64,000 nucleotides of DNA, taken from positions 34,371 through 98,370 of the forward strand of contig DATJXN010000132.1 in assembly GCA_035500095.1 (NCBI GenBank). Direction: 5' to 3'. How positions within the stretch are numbered: the stretch's first letter is position 1; each line of letters begins with the position of its first letter. Below, one piece after another: positions 29,483 to 39,081 of this stretch. The notes under the pieces were generated by a model. It made no database searches. It was given only the letters and a program-made list of their open reading frames with translations, and had not been told where the DNA came from. The translations under genes were made by a program, and so were the position numbers. Source of the DNA: Candidatus Binataceae bacterium (lineage in GTDB: Bacteria > Desulfobacterota > Binatia > Binatales > Binataceae).

Positions 29483-30847
29483 GTGAGAATCGCGCTTGAC
29501 GCGATGGGGGGCGATCTCGCCCCCAAGGCAACCGTGGAGGGCGCGGTCGCGGCTGCGCGCGACTTCGGCATCGAAGTCGTCCTGGTGGGCGATCTCGATC
29601 TGCTGACGCGCGAGCTGACCGAGCACAAGATCGGCGGCCTCAAGATAACCGTCGAACATGCGCCCGAGAGCGTCGCGATGGACGACTCTCCGATGGAGTC
29701 GGTGCTCACCAAACCGCATTCCTCGATTCACGTGGGTCTCGAGATGGTCAAGCGCGGCGACGCCAGCGCCTTCGTCAGCGCCGGCAACTCGGGCGCCGTC
29801 ATGGCGGCGGCGATGATGATCCTTGGCACCTTGCCCGGCGTCGAGCGCCCCGCGATCGCGTCGCTGGTGCCGGCGAGCGACGGATTCGCCCTCCTGATCG
29901 ACGCCGGCGCCAATACCGAGGTCAAGCCCGCGAATCTCGCGCAGTTCGCGGTGATGGGCAGCGTGTATGCCCATCGCGTGCGCGGCGTGCCCAGCCCCCG
30001 CATCGGCATCCTGGCCAACGGCGAGGAAGACTCCAAGGGCACCGACCTGACGCGGGCGGCGGCCGCGATGCTCAGCGGGATGCGCGAGTCGGTCGATTAC
30101 ATCGGCTACGTCGAGGGACGCGACATCAATCGCGGCAAGGCCGACGTGGTGGTGACCGACGGTTTCACCGGCAACGTGGCGCTCAAGACGATGGAAGGCT
30201 TCGCCGCCTTCCTGCTCGGCAACCTGCGCGACGTCTTTGGCAGCTTCTTGGGCCGCCTCGCTTACTTGTTGGTGCGCAAGCGCCTCGGCAGGATTCGCGA
30301 GCGCCTCGATCCGGCGGAATACGGCGGAGCGCCGCTGCTCGGGCTCGGCGGCGTCGCGATCATCGCCCACGGCTCGTCCAATCCGCGCGCGATCCGCAAC
30401 GCCATGCGCGCCGCCGCCAACGAGGCGCTGGTCGAGCGCGTCAATGCCGAGATCGTCGAGACGCTGGCGCGTCACGTATCCGCGATGCCGGCCAAGCCGG
30501 CTGGAAAGGGGTTCCGTGCGCTGCTCGATCGGATGCGCGAACGGCTGCATCGCCATCCCCGCGAGGCCGCCGGGCCGCAGGCTCCTTCCGCTGCGCCCGC
30601 ACCGCCGGCGTATTCTCCAAACTCCGAACACCCGGGCGCGCCGGCCGCATCGCCCTCGGCAAGCTCCAAGGCCGCAGTGCTCGAGCATCCGCCGGTCGAG
30701 CACGCCACGCCCGAGGTCGTCTCGGTCAATGGAGCTGCGGGTGGCGCGCCGCATGACGATGCCGCGCATGCCGAATCGCACAAGGACGAGGATAAGGCGT
30801 CCGAATCGGGCCCCCCGCCTGAAGCGGCGCCGCGCAAGCCCGGGTAG
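29483..30847 (+). CDS. plsX: phosphate acyltransferase PlsX with a long low-complexity C-terminal extension
   Basis: GTG start. MRIALDAMGGD.AP, GNSGA and TDGFTGNVALKT PlsX motifs. The last ~115 aa are Pro/Ala/Ser/His-rich with no recognisable domain. Confidence 0.9.
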   Translation: MRIALDAMGGDLAPKATVEGAVAAARDFGIEVVLVGDLDLLTRELTEHKIGGLKITVEHAPESVAMDDSPMESVLTKPHSSIHVGLEMVKRGDASAFVSAGNSGAVMAAAMMILGTLPGVERPAIASLVPASDGFALLIDAGANTEVKPANLAQFAVMGSVYAHRVRGVPSPRIGILANGEEDSKGTDLTRAAAAMLSGMRESVDYIGYVEGRDINRGKADVVVTDGFTGNVALKTMEGFAAFLLGNLRDVFGSFLGRLAYLLVRKRLGRIRERLDPAEYGGAPLLGLGGVAIIAHGSSNPRAIRNAMRAAANEALVERVNAEIVETLARHVSAMPAKPAGKGFRALLDRMRERLHRHPREAAGPQAPSAAPAPPAYSPNSEHPGAPAASPSASSKAAVLEHPPVEHATPEVVSVNGAAGGAPHDDAAHAESHKDEDKASESGPPPEAAPRKPG

Positions 30848-30937
30848 TCCTGATATCCGCGCCCCGTACGCGCCATCGCGTGCAATCTCCGTTTCGAGTA
30901 GAACAGTGCCCAAGACTGGCATCATGAGGGTCGGCTG

Positions 30938-31894
30938 ATGAAGGTCGCATTTCTGTTTCCCGGACAAGGCGCGCAGAAGGTCGGCATGGGCGCCGAGTTG
31001 GCGCGCGAGTTTGCCGGCGCGCGCGAGGCTTTCGCCGAGGCCGACGAAGCGCTGGGCTTCAAGCTGTCGACGCTCTGCTTCGAGGGGCCGGAGGAGGATT
31101 TGCGCCTGACGGCCAACACGCAGCCCGCGACGCTCGCGACTTCAATCGCGGCGTTGCGCGCGTTCCAAGCCGAATTCAGCGTCGACGCGGAGATCGCCGC
31201 CGGCCACAGCCTCGGCGAATACACGGCGCTGGTCGCGGCCGGCGCACTCGAGTTTGCCGAGGCGCTCCGCGCGGTGCGCGAGCGCGGCCGCCAGATGCAG
31301 GAGGCCTGCCCCCCCGGGCAGGGTTCGATGGCCGCGCTGGTCGGACTCGACCTCGCCGCCGTGCGCGCGGTCTGCGAGGAGGTTTCACAGGGCGGTCAGA
31401 TTGCGGTGCCTGCGAATCTCAACGCCCCGGGCCAGATCGTGATTGCCGGACACGCTGCGGCGGTTCGGCGCGCGCTCGAAATTGCCAAGGAACGCGGCGC
31501 CGGGGCCTCGGTGGAGCTCAAAGTCAGCGCGCCGTTTCATTCGCCCCTGATGCAGCCCGCGCGCGATGGCATGGGGCCGGTGATCGCGGCGCTCGCGGTG
31601 AGCGCGCCGCGCTTTGGCGTGATCTCCAACGTGACCGCGGAGGTGAATCGCGACCCCGCGCGCATCAGGCCGCTGCTGATGGAGCAGATCACCGCGCCCG
31701 TGCGATGGGAAGAATCGATGGCCCGGCTCGGCGCTTCGGGCGCGACGAGCGCGATCGAGTTCGGCGCGGGGCGGGTGCTCGCGGGTCTGATGCGGCGAAT
31801 CAACAAGGGCTTCAAGGTGCGGTCGGTGGAAGATCCGGCCTCGTTGAGGGCCTGCGGCCAGGCTCTGGCCGAGGAGGCTCGAGCGGGCGCCTAG
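30938..31894 (+). CDS. fabD: malonyl-CoA:ACP transacylase
   Basis: FLFPGQGAQKVGMG and the active-site GHSLGEY. Confidence 0.93.
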   Translation: MKVAFLFPGQGAQKVGMGAELAREFAGAREAFAEADEALGFKLSTLCFEGPEEDLRLTANTQPATLATSIAALRAFQAEFSVDAEIAAGHSLGEYTALVAAGALEFAEALRAVRERGRQMQEACPPGQGSMAALVGLDLAAVRAVCEEVSQGGQIAVPANLNAPGQIVIAGHAAAVRRALEIAKERGAGASVELKVSAPFHSPLMQPARDGMGPVIAALAVSAPRFGVISNVTAEVNRDPARIRPLLMEQITAPVRWEESMARLGASGATSAIEFGAGRVLAGLMRRINKGFKVRSVEDPASLRACGQALAEEARAGA

Positions 31895-32191
31895 CGGAAA
31901 CAGAAAAGACGGCGCGACGAAGTTCGGCGGGACGGCGGCGTAGAGCCGCAGCGCCGGCGGCCGTCAGCCGGGCTAGACTGCGCGCGCCTTAGCGGCCGAC
32001 GCCTGCCAACTTGCCTAGTTGAAGCCAACTCCCTAAGCTGCGCTGTAACGTTTGCTGGCCCGGGGGCGATGCCGCCAACGCGCGCGCGAGCACGATCCGG
32101 CGCAGGCGGGACGGAATCAACCGCAATCGAATCAAACTAAACGCGCGGCGCGCCGCCCCCGGCGCAGGCCGGCAGGAGGGAAGCAACCACG

Positions 32192-32431
32192 ATGGCTGGA
32201 GAAGTCGAAACCAAGGTTCGCGAGATCATCAGCGAGCAACTCGGCGTGTCCGCCGATGAAGTGACGCCGGAAGCGTCATTTATCGAGGACCTGGGCGCCG
32301 ATTCGCTCGATATCGTCGAACTGGTGATGGCGCTGGAAGAGCAGTACGGGATGGAAATCTCGGATGAGGACGCCGAGAAGATCCGTACTGTCAAGGACGT
32401 CGTCAATTACATCGAAGCGCACAAGGCCTGA
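32192..32431 (+). CDS. acpP: acyl carrier protein
   Basis: 79 aa with the [17 protein letters not shown] phosphopantetheine attachment motif. aggaggg SD upstream. Confidence 0.95.
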   Translation: MAGEVETKVREIISEQLGVSADEVTPEASFIEDLGADSLDIVELVMALEEQYGMEISDEDAEKIRTVKDVVNYIEAHKA

Positions 32432-32600
32432 CCGTCCGCATCACACCTCCACCCTTCAGAGCTTGCGCACGGCGCCCGGCGGTATTATGGCGGGCGTCCG
32501 CCGCGCCCCCATTTCGTAAGCCGGGCGCGCGCGCGCCGTCTTCCTGCGAGCGGGCGCGGCCCGGATGCGCCGGCTGCGGCTCGCGCGCTAAACTTGCCTC

Positions 32601-33146
32601 ATGAGGTGCCCGTATTGCCGCCATCGCGGCAACCGCGTGGTCGACTCAAGGCTGAGCGGCGACGGGGCCACCATCCGCCGGCGCCGGATGTGTTCGTCAT
32701 GCAAGCGGCGCTTCACAACCTACGAACGGGTCGAGGAATCCGCGCCGATGGTGGTCAAGAAGGACAATCGGCGCGAACCGTTCGATCGTTCCAAGATCGT
32801 CGCCGGGCTCAAGAAGGCCTGCGAGAAGCGCCCGGTCTCGATGGAAACCGTCGAGCAGATCGCCGATCGGATCGAAGCCGCCGTCGCCGAGCATGGCGGG
32901 AGCGAAGTTCCAAGCTCGGTGATTGGCGGCGCGATCATGAACGAACTGCATCGCGTTGACCAGGTCGCCTACGTGCGCTTCGCTTCGGTCTACCGCTCTT
33001 TCAAGGATATCGACGAGTTCATGCGCGAGCTTGAAGACCTGATCCGGCTGCGCAAGGAGGCCGGCGCACCGCCTGCACCGCCGCTCGCTCCCGCGCGCGA
33101 CAGAAAGCGCGAGCCATCCCCGCGCAAGGGCGGATCCGCTTCGTAA
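32601..33146 (+). CDS. nrdR: transcriptional repressor NrdR
   Basis: MRCPYC....RVVDSR........RRRR.C..C..RFTTYE zinc ribbon plus an ATP-cone. Confidence 0.95.
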   Translation: MRCPYCRHRGNRVVDSRLSGDGATIRRRRMCSSCKRRFTTYERVEESAPMVVKKDNRREPFDRSKIVAGLKKACEKRPVSMETVEQIADRIEAAVAEHGGSEVPSSVIGGAIMNELHRVDQVAYVRFASVYRSFKDIDEFMRELEDLIRLRKEAGAPPAPPLAPARDRKREPSPRKGGSAS

Positions 33147-33152
33147 GCCGCC

Positions 33153-34298
33153 GTGCCCGCCGCTCCGGCCTCCGCCGCCGATTCACACTACATGCGCAAG
33201 GCGCTGGCGCTTGCGCGCCGGATGGTCGGGCGGACTTCGCCCAACCCGGCCGTGGGATGCGTGATCGCGCGCGGCGGCCGGATCGTCGGGCAGGGTGCGA
33301 CCGCCCCGGGCGGCCGCCCGCATGCCGAGGCGCTGGCGCTCGAGCGCGCGGGTGAGCGGGCGCGCGGCGCCACGGCGTATGTTACGTTCGAGCCTTGCGC
33401 TCATCGGGGACGCACGCCGCCGTGTGCGCGGACGCTAGTCGAGGCGGGAGTCCGGCGTGTCGTGGTCGGATGCGTCGATCCGTATCCGCCGGTGCGCGGG
33501 CGTGGACTTAAGATTCTGCGCGCTGCGGGAATCGAGATCGTAAACGGCGTGCTTGAAGACGAATGCCGCGACCTCAACCGCGGCTTCATCACGCGCGTGA
33601 CGCACGGGCGGCCGTTCACGACGGTCAAGCTCGCGCTCTCACTCGACGGCCGGATCGCCGCCGCCTCGGGCGATTCGCAATGGATAAGTTCGGCGGCGTC
33701 GCGCGCGCTGGTCCATCGCTGGCGCAACGAGGCCGACGCGGTGATGGTCGGCGCGGGGACGGTGCTGGCCGACAATCCGCGCCTGACTTGTCGAATTCCG
33801 GGCGGTCGCGACCCGGTGCGAGTCGTAATCGACGGACACCTCAGGGTCTCGCCGCGCGCGCGAGTCTTCACCCAGCGCTCGACGGCGTCCGCGCTCCTGG
33901 TCACGACGACGGCCAACGCGGCGCGCGCCAGACGCCGCTACGGCCGAGATGGCGGGGGCGGGCGTGTCGAGGTGGTGGGATGCCCGGGGCGCCGCGGCGA
34001 GGTTGACCTGCGCGCCGCGATGCGCGAGTTCGCGCGGCGCGGTTGGTGCAACGTCCTGATCGAGGGCGGCGCCAAACTGGCGGGAGCGGCGCTCCGCGCG
34101 GGAATCGTGGACCGCGTAGCCTTTTTTGCCGCGCCCATCCTGGTGGGAGCGGGAACTCCCGCGATCGAAGGGCTCGGCTTCAAGCGCGTGCGCGACGCGA
34201 TTGCGCTCGGCCGGCTAAGCGTGCGAGGCCTCGGCCGCGACCTGCTGATCGAGGCGGAAATCGCAGGCCAGCGCCGCGCCTCCAGGCGGCGGAGCTGA
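33153..34298 (+). CDS. ribD: bifunctional riboflavin biosynthesis deaminase/reductase RibD
   Basis: PNPAVGCVI, the HAE...PCAH.GRTPPC deaminase zinc motif and a C-terminal reductase domain. GTG start. Confidence 0.93.
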   Translation: MPAAPASAADSHYMRKALALARRMVGRTSPNPAVGCVIARGGRIVGQGATAPGGRPHAEALALERAGERARGATAYVTFEPCAHRGRTPPCARTLVEAGVRRVVVGCVDPYPPVRGRGLKILRAAGIEIVNGVLEDECRDLNRGFITRVTHGRPFTTVKLALSLDGRIAAASGDSQWISSAASRALVHRWRNEADAVMVGAGTVLADNPRLTCRIPGGRDPVRVVIDGHLRVSPRARVFTQRSTASALLVTTTANAARARRRYGRDGGGGRVEVVGCPGRRGEVDLRAAMREFARRGWCNVLIEGGAKLAGAALRAGIVDRVAFFAAPILVGAGTPAIEGLGFKRVRDAIALGRLSVRGLGRDLLIEAEIAGQRRASRRRS

Positions 34299-34353
34299 GG
34301 ACGTGCTGGTCAGCATACGGAGGCGGTGATAACATCAAGCGTCTGGAAACCGA

Positions 34354-35571
34354 ATGGTAATGTCGTCTAAATCGCTGGAAGAAATCTTCAGCCGGATCCG
34401 CGCGGCCAAAACGGTCCTGATGGTGATGGAAGAGGAAGAGGAGGCGGAGGGCGACGTCGTGATGGCGGGCGAGAAAGTGACGCCCGATCACGTCAACTTC
34501 ATGGCGCGTCATGCGCGCGGCGTGGTTTCTGTGGCGCTGCCCGAGCGGCGCATGCGCGAGATGGGAATTCCGCTGGTCGCTTCGCCGCAGAGCGAGCTTG
34601 CCGATGAGCAGGCGGGCTCGCTCGTCGAGGCGCGCGAGGGAGTGACCACCGGAATCTCCGCGCATGACCGCGCGCGCACGATCCAGGTGCTGGCCTCCGA
34701 CAAGAGCGGTCCGCAGGATATCGTGATGCCCGGACACGTGCTGCCGCTGATGGCGCTGAGCGGCGGTGTAATGATGCGCCTGGGGCGCGCCGAGGGCGCG
34801 GTGGACCTGATGCGCGCGGCGGGAATGCGGCCGTGCGCCGCGCTTTGCTCGGTGCTGCGCGACGACGGCGACGCCGCCCGCCTCGCCGAATTGCGCGAGT
34901 TCGCCAAGGCCCACGACATCCCGATTTTCTTTCTGAAGGACCTGGTCTCCTATCGTCTGACCAACGAACTTCTGGTCCAGCGCGTTGCCGACGTCGATTT
35001 TCCGATCGAGTCGGGCGAGCTCAAGGCGGTGGTTTTTCGCAGCACGGTTGACGGCCGCGAGCATCTGGCCCTGGTCAAGGGAAACGTCGGCGGCGGCCGC
35101 CCGGCGCTGGTGCGGCTCCATTCGCAATGCCTGACCGGCGACGTGTTCGGCTCGGAGCGCTGCGACTGCGGCGAGCAACTGGCCGAATCGATCGAACGCA
35201 TCCTGACTGCCGACGCCGGCGTGATCATCTACCTGCATCAGGAAGGGCGCGGAATCGGCCTCGCCAACAAGATCAGGGCCTACGCGCTGCAGGACCAGGG
35301 CCTGGACACGGTCGAAGCCAATCTGCAGTTGGGCTTCAAGGAGGACCTGCGCGACTACGGAATCGGCGCCCAGATCCTGCGCGACCTTGGGGTCGGCGAA
35401 GCTCTCCTGTTGACCAACAATCCGCACAAGATCGAAAGCCTGCAGAGCTACGGCGTGCGCGTGAGCCGCGTGGCGCTCGAAGTCGCGCCGCACCAGGGCA
35501 ATATCGATTACTTGCGCACCAAGAAGGAGAAGCTTGGCCATCTCTTCTCCAAACTCAAGGTGATTACCTAG
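34354..35571 (+). CDS. ribBA: bifunctional 3,4-dihydroxy-2-butanone-4-phosphate synthase / GTP cyclohydrolII (RibBA)
   Basis: N-terminal DHBP synthase pattern (EEE.EGD.VMA.E..TP..VNFM) and C-terminal GCHII pattern (RLHSQCLTGDVFGSERCDCG, YLHQEGRGIGL.NK). Confidence 0.93.
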   Translation: MVMSSKSLEEIFSRIRAAKTVLMVMEEEEEAEGDVVMAGEKVTPDHVNFMARHARGVVSVALPERRMREMGIPLVASPQSELADEQAGSLVEAREGVTTGISAHDRARTIQVLASDKSGPQDIVMPGHVLPLMALSGGVMMRLGRAEGAVDLMRAAGMRPCAALCSVLRDDGDAARLAELREFAKAHDIPIFFLKDLVSYRLTNELLVQRVADVDFPIESGELKAVVFRSTVDGREHLALVKGNVGGGRPALVRLHSQCLTGDVFGSERCDCGEQLAESIERILTADAGVIIYLHQEGRGIGLANKIRAYALQDQGLDTVEANLQLGFKEDLRDYGIGAQILRDLGVGEALLLTNNPHKIESLQSYGVRVSRVALEVAPHQGNIDYLRTKKEKLGHLFSKLKVIT

Positions 35572-35642
35572 GTTACAGCGCGGCTCATTGAGCGGAGCCC
35601 GCGCGCGCGGCGTGCGTATCAAACGGCCGGCGGCAATTGGCT

Positions 35643-36104
35643 ATGGGACCAAGACATCTGGGGCGCGAGCTCGCGCTCAAGGCCCTTTATCAGATAGATA
35701 TCCGCGGCGGCTCCTCGCGCGAGGCGCTGGCGCTCCTGTTCGAGACCTTCCCGGCCGACGATCGCGCGCGCAAGTTCGCGATCGAACTGGTCGAAGGTGT
35801 CGAGCGCGAGCGGGCGGCGCTCGACCGCGAGGTTGCGGGCGCGCTGGAGCATTGGTCGATCGGACGGCTTTCGCGGGTCGATCACAATATCCTACGCATC
35901 GGGCTCTGCGAGCTATTGTGGATGAACGATATTCCGGCGCGGGTCACGATCGACGAGGCGATCGAACTGGCCAAGGTCTATGGCGATCAGGACTCCGGCC
36001 GCTTCGTCAACGGGGTGCTGGATGAACTCGCGAGGCGGCTGGGACTCAAGCAAAAGGGTGAGGAACGTGGCGTTGGCGAACGCGGTTTTGACAAGGGACA
36101 TTAG
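35643..36104 (+). CDS. nusB: transcription antitermination factor NusB
   Basis: R.LALKALYQ.D and ...VDHNILRIGLCELL...IPARVTIDEAIELAK.YG..DSGRFVNGVLD. ATG 35643 (TTG 35637 is the alternative). Confidence 0.92.
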   Translation: MGPRHLGRELALKALYQIDIRGGSSREALALLFETFPADDRARKFAIELVEGVERERAALDREVAGALEHWSIGRLSRVDHNILRIGLCELLWMNDIPARVTIDEAIELAKVYGDQDSGRFVNGVLDELARRLGLKQKGEERGVGERGFDKGH

Positions 36105-36687
36105 AGCGTGGTTCGCCGCGATGCTCGGCGGATTGCTGCTGCTGACGACGGGCTGCGGCTACCATTTCGCGGCGTCGGGAAGCGGTCTGCCGCAGGACGC
36201 CAAGACGATCTACGTCGCCCGCTTCAGCAACGTCTCGCGCTTCACCGGCTTCAACGATCAATTCATGCGTTACATGAAGGACGAGATCGCCGAGCACAAG
36301 CACCTGCAGCTGGTTGAGGAACCGTCGCAGGCCGACCTGGTGCTCACGGGCGAACTGCTGCGCGTCGAGACGGCCCCGGCGGGCTTCAACGCCGTTTCCG
36401 AAGCGAGCATCTACCAGCAGTACATGGTCGTGCGCGCGCAGCTCGAGGATCGCCACACCGGAAAGGTGCTGTGGGCGAACGTGCTCAGCAGTATCGATCA
36501 GTTCCCGACCGTGTCGCAGACCACCATAACCACTTCGCCCGAATTCCTGCAGCAGAACCTGCGCTCGCAGAATATCGCCAACATGCCCGACATCCAGGTC
36601 GCGCAAACGCAGCAGGCCTCCTCGACCACGCAGATGATGACGCGAATGGCGCAGGACATTTACTCTGCGATGTCCGAGGGGTTTTAG
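36067..36687 (+). CDS. lptE: LptE-like LPS-assembly lipoprotein
   Basis: Lipobox LLTTGCGYHF, as in LptE, and the conserved position immediately upstream of holA. Start GTG 36067 or ATG 36121. Confidence 0.6.
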   Translation: MALANAVLTRDIRAWFAAMLGGLLLLTTGCGYHFAASGSGLPQDAKTIYVARFSNVSRFTGFNDQFMRYMKDEIAEHKHLQLVEEPSQADLVLTGELLRVETAPAGFNAVSEASIYQQYMVVRAQLEDRHTGKVLWANVLSSIDQFPTVSQTTITTSPEFLQQNLRSQNIANMPDIQVAQTQQASSTTQMMTRMAQDIYSAMSEGF

Positions 36688-36758
36688 CCACGCGCGGCCC
36701 GCAATCGCCGCGGCGCGCGGCCGCCGAGAGCATGAGGGCCTAAGGCAGGCGGCGGACG

Positions 36759-37826
36759 ATGGCGGTTGAGACGGCGCTCTCCATCCTTCGCGCGGGCGAT
36801 CGCGCCGCGCTTGCGGCGGCGATCCTAATCAGCGGCCCTCACGCCTTTCTCCGCGAATACGTCTTCGACTTCGTCCGGCGCCGGATGCTGCGTCAGGGGA
36901 TGAAGTATCGTGGCTTCCAAGTAGGGGGCGCGGAGGGCTTTGACGTGGTGCTTGCCGAGTTGCGCGAATCCGACCTGTTTGCGCCGGTCCGCGTCGTAGG
37001 ATGCCGCGTGCTGCGATCGCATCGCGGCGGTGGCGAAGAGGATGGCGACGATGATTCCAGCGGGGCAGCGAGCGCGCGCGGGGGCGAAGCGGCGCTGGCC
37101 GAGGCGCTCGAGACGATGCGCGGTCCGAATGCCTTGATCGTCCTCTATGAGCGCGACGCGGCGCCGGCCAAAATCCGCCGCGCGGTAGAGCAGGGCGGCC
37201 TCGCGATCAACTGTCCGCGCGCCTACGACAATCAGCTCACGCAATTCGCCGAGGCCTTCGCCCGTGCCCAGGACCTGCGCCTGGGACCCGGCGTAGCCGA
37301 GCTTCTGGCTGCGCGCCACGCCGGTGACCTTTCCGCGATCGTCAACGCGCTCGCCAAGGCAGCGATCCATCGCGAACCCGGCGCAACGCTGAGCGCGGCC
37401 GACCTCGGCGATCCCGCGGCCGCCAAAATCCCGGAACTGTTCGAACTGGCCGAGGCGGTCTCGAACGGACGCGCGGCGGCCGCGCTGACGCTGCTCGCCC
37501 GCGCGATCGCGGCCGGGCGCGATCCGTTTGAATTGCTGGCGGTCGAGATTATCCCGGTGATGCGGCGGATGATGCTGGCGGCGTCGATGGTTGCGGAGCG
37601 TCAGAGCGCGCCGCAGATCGCCGCGGCGCTCGGGATGTCGCCGTCAAGTCCGCTGGCCAAGCGCGCGATCGACGGCGCGCGCCGCTTCGGAATCGCGCGG
37701 TTGACCGACGCCTGGCGGCGAGTCTCGCAGCTCGACGCGGACTTCAAGAACGGGAAAATTAAGGAGCGCGAGGAGGCGCTGGCCGGTATGCTGCTCGAGT
37801 TGATGTCGTCGCCGGCCCGAGCCTGA
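36759..37826 (+). CDS. holA: DNA polymerase III delta subunit
   Basis: Size, lptE-holA synteny and a C-terminal delta-like helical region (...IAAALGMSP....KRAIDGARRF....L.DAWRRVSQLDADFKNG). Confidence 0.72.
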   Translation: MAVETALSILRAGDRAALAAAILISGPHAFLREYVFDFVRRRMLRQGMKYRGFQVGGAEGFDVVLAELRESDLFAPVRVVGCRVLRSHRGGGEEDGDDDSSGAASARGGEAALAEALETMRGPNALIVLYERDAAPAKIRRAVEQGGLAINCPRAYDNQLTQFAEAFARAQDLRLGPGVAELLAARHAGDLSAIVNALAKAAIHREPGATLSAADLGDPAAAKIPELFELAEAVSNGRAAAALTLLARAIAAGRDPFELLAVEIIPVMRRMMLAASMVAERQSAPQIAAALGMSPSSPLAKRAIDGARRFGIARLTDAWRRVSQLDADFKNGKIKEREEALAGMLLELMSSPARA

Positions 37827-37873
37827 CGTCAACCGAGGCGCGGACCTGTTTCGGGCCGTCAGACGAGAATTGT

Positions 37874-37894
37874 CCCGCCGAGGTGCGCGGCGGG
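37874..37894 (-). terminator. GC hairpin between convergent holA and rpsT (weak intrinsic terminator candidate)
   Basis: cccgccg-aggtgcg-cggcggg, a 7-bp perfect stem 6 nt after the rpsT stop. Only a poor T-tract follows on either strand. Confidence 0.3.
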
Positions 37895-37899
37895 CCGGA

Positions 37900-38190
37900 T
37901 CAGGCCTTGGCGGCGGCGCCGTGCTTGCGATAGAGCGCGCGCGAAAGGCGTGCGACCTTGCGCGCCGCGGTGTTGCGATGGAGCGTGCCTTTTCCCGCGG
38001 CCTTGTAGAGCACGCGGGTCGCCTGGCGCAGCTCCTGTTGCGCGCCGGCGGCGTCGGCCCCCTCGATCGCCTTAACCGCATCTTTGACCGCGCTATGCAC
38101 GCGGGTCTTGATCGCACGATTACGGTCGCGGCGCTTGAGGTTCTGACGCTGGCGCTTCTCTGCTGACGGATGAACTGGAATATGCGGCAT
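37900..38190 (-). CDS. rpsT: 30S ribosomal protein S20
   Basis: SAEKRQRQNLKRRDRNRAIKTRVHSAVK...LHRNTAARKV.RLS S20 signature. Confidence 0.95.
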   Translation of the reverse strand: MPHIPVHPSAEKRQRQNLKRRDRNRAIKTRVHSAVKDAVKAIEGADAAGAQQELRQATRVLYKAAGKGTLHRNTAARKVARLSRALYRKHGAAAKA

Positions 38191-38199
38191 AGCCAGTCT

Positions 38200-38228
38200 T
38201 AGCTAACAGTGCACGCGCGCCGGGTCAA
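38200..38228 (-). promoter_or_regulatory. candidate sigma70-type promoter of rpsT (TTGACC-N17-TAGCTA)
   Basis: On the minus strand, TTGACC (38228-38223), a 17-nt spacer, then TAGCTA (38205-38200). Only 9 nt separate the -10 box from the ATG, and no SD is visible. Confidence 0.35.
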
Positions 38229-38257
38229 TACGCCGCCTTCCAAGGAAAGGAAGCGCC

Positions 38258-39064
38258 TTACTTGTTGTCGTCAATCGAGCGCTTCGCTTCCTGCCATAGA
38301 CTTTCTATCTGCTGCGGATCGAGCTTCGCGAGATCGAGCTTGCGCGCCGCGGCGGCCTGCTCGACCGCCTTGAAACGCGTGATGAATTTGTCGCACGCGC
38401 AGCGAAGCGTCGTCTCCGCGTCGTGCCCGATGAAGCGCGGCGCATTGGCCAGCGCCAGCATCGCGTCGCCGATCTCCTCGGCCGCATGATCGCCATCGTT
38501 GCGAGCGAGCGCCCTCCGCGCCTCGGCGATCTCTTCGCTGACCTTGTCGAGCACTGCCGAGGCCTCCGCCCAATCCATCCCGGCGCCCCGCGCCCGCTCG
38601 CCAAGCTTCTGCGCCCGCGTGAGCGCGGGCAGAGCGCGCGCCACGCCGTCGAGTGCCGAGGTCGCACCGGCATCCGCACGTTCCTGCTGCTTGAGCTTGT
38701 CCCAGTTGCGGACGACTTCGGCCGAGTTTTCCGCCGCGGCTCCGGCGTAAACGTGCGGATGGCGCCGCACGAGCTTCTCGCGCGCCCGCCTTAGCATCGC
38801 AGCGATCTGAAGGCCGCGCTGCGCTTGGGCTATGTTGCCCGCAAAAAGCACCTGCACCAGCAAGTCGCCGAGTTCGTCGTCGATTTCGCGGTCGTCGCCG
38901 CGCTCGATCGCATCGGCGGCTTCGTAAGCTTCTTCAATCAGATGGCGCGAGGTAGTCGCGAGCGTCTGTTCGCGGTCCCAGGGGCATCGCTCGCGCAATT
39001 CGCGGACGACTTCGAGCAGCGCGAGAAATTCTTCGCCCGGGCCGCGCGCCGATCCTTCATCCAT
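38258..39064 (-). CDS. mazG: nucleoside triphosphate pyrophosphohydrolase MazG
   Basis: Inner ATG 39064 of the 511-aa track ORF. CPWDREQT..S....L.EEAYE and a second MazG repeat, with EE.GD..L motifs. Confidence 0.9.
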   Translation of the reverse strand: MDEGSARGPGEEFLALLEVVRELRERCPWDREQTLATTSRHLIEEAYEAADAIERGDDREIDDELGDLLVQVLFAGNIAQAQRGLQIAAMLRRAREKLVRRHPHVYAGAAAENSAEVVRNWDKLKQQERADAGATSALDGVARALPALTRAQKLGERARGAGMDWAEASAVLDKVSEEIAEARRALARNDGDHAAEEIGDAMLALANAPRFIGHDAETTLRCACDKFITRFKAVEQAAAARKLDLAKLDPQQIESLWQEAKRSIDDNK

Positions 39065-39081
39065 GGCCAAAAAGGCTCGGG

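Noticed and set aside
29252-30967. 571-aa minus-strand ORF
   Set aside because: It is antisense to rpmF and plsX, which have strong signatures, and its composition is Arg/Gly/Ala-rich.
33147-34353. FMN riboswitch upstream of ribD or ribBA
   Set aside because: The spacers are only 6 and 55 nt and show none of the conserved RFN helices.
34180-35622. 480-aa minus-strand ORF
   Set aside because: It is antisense to ribBA and has no motif.
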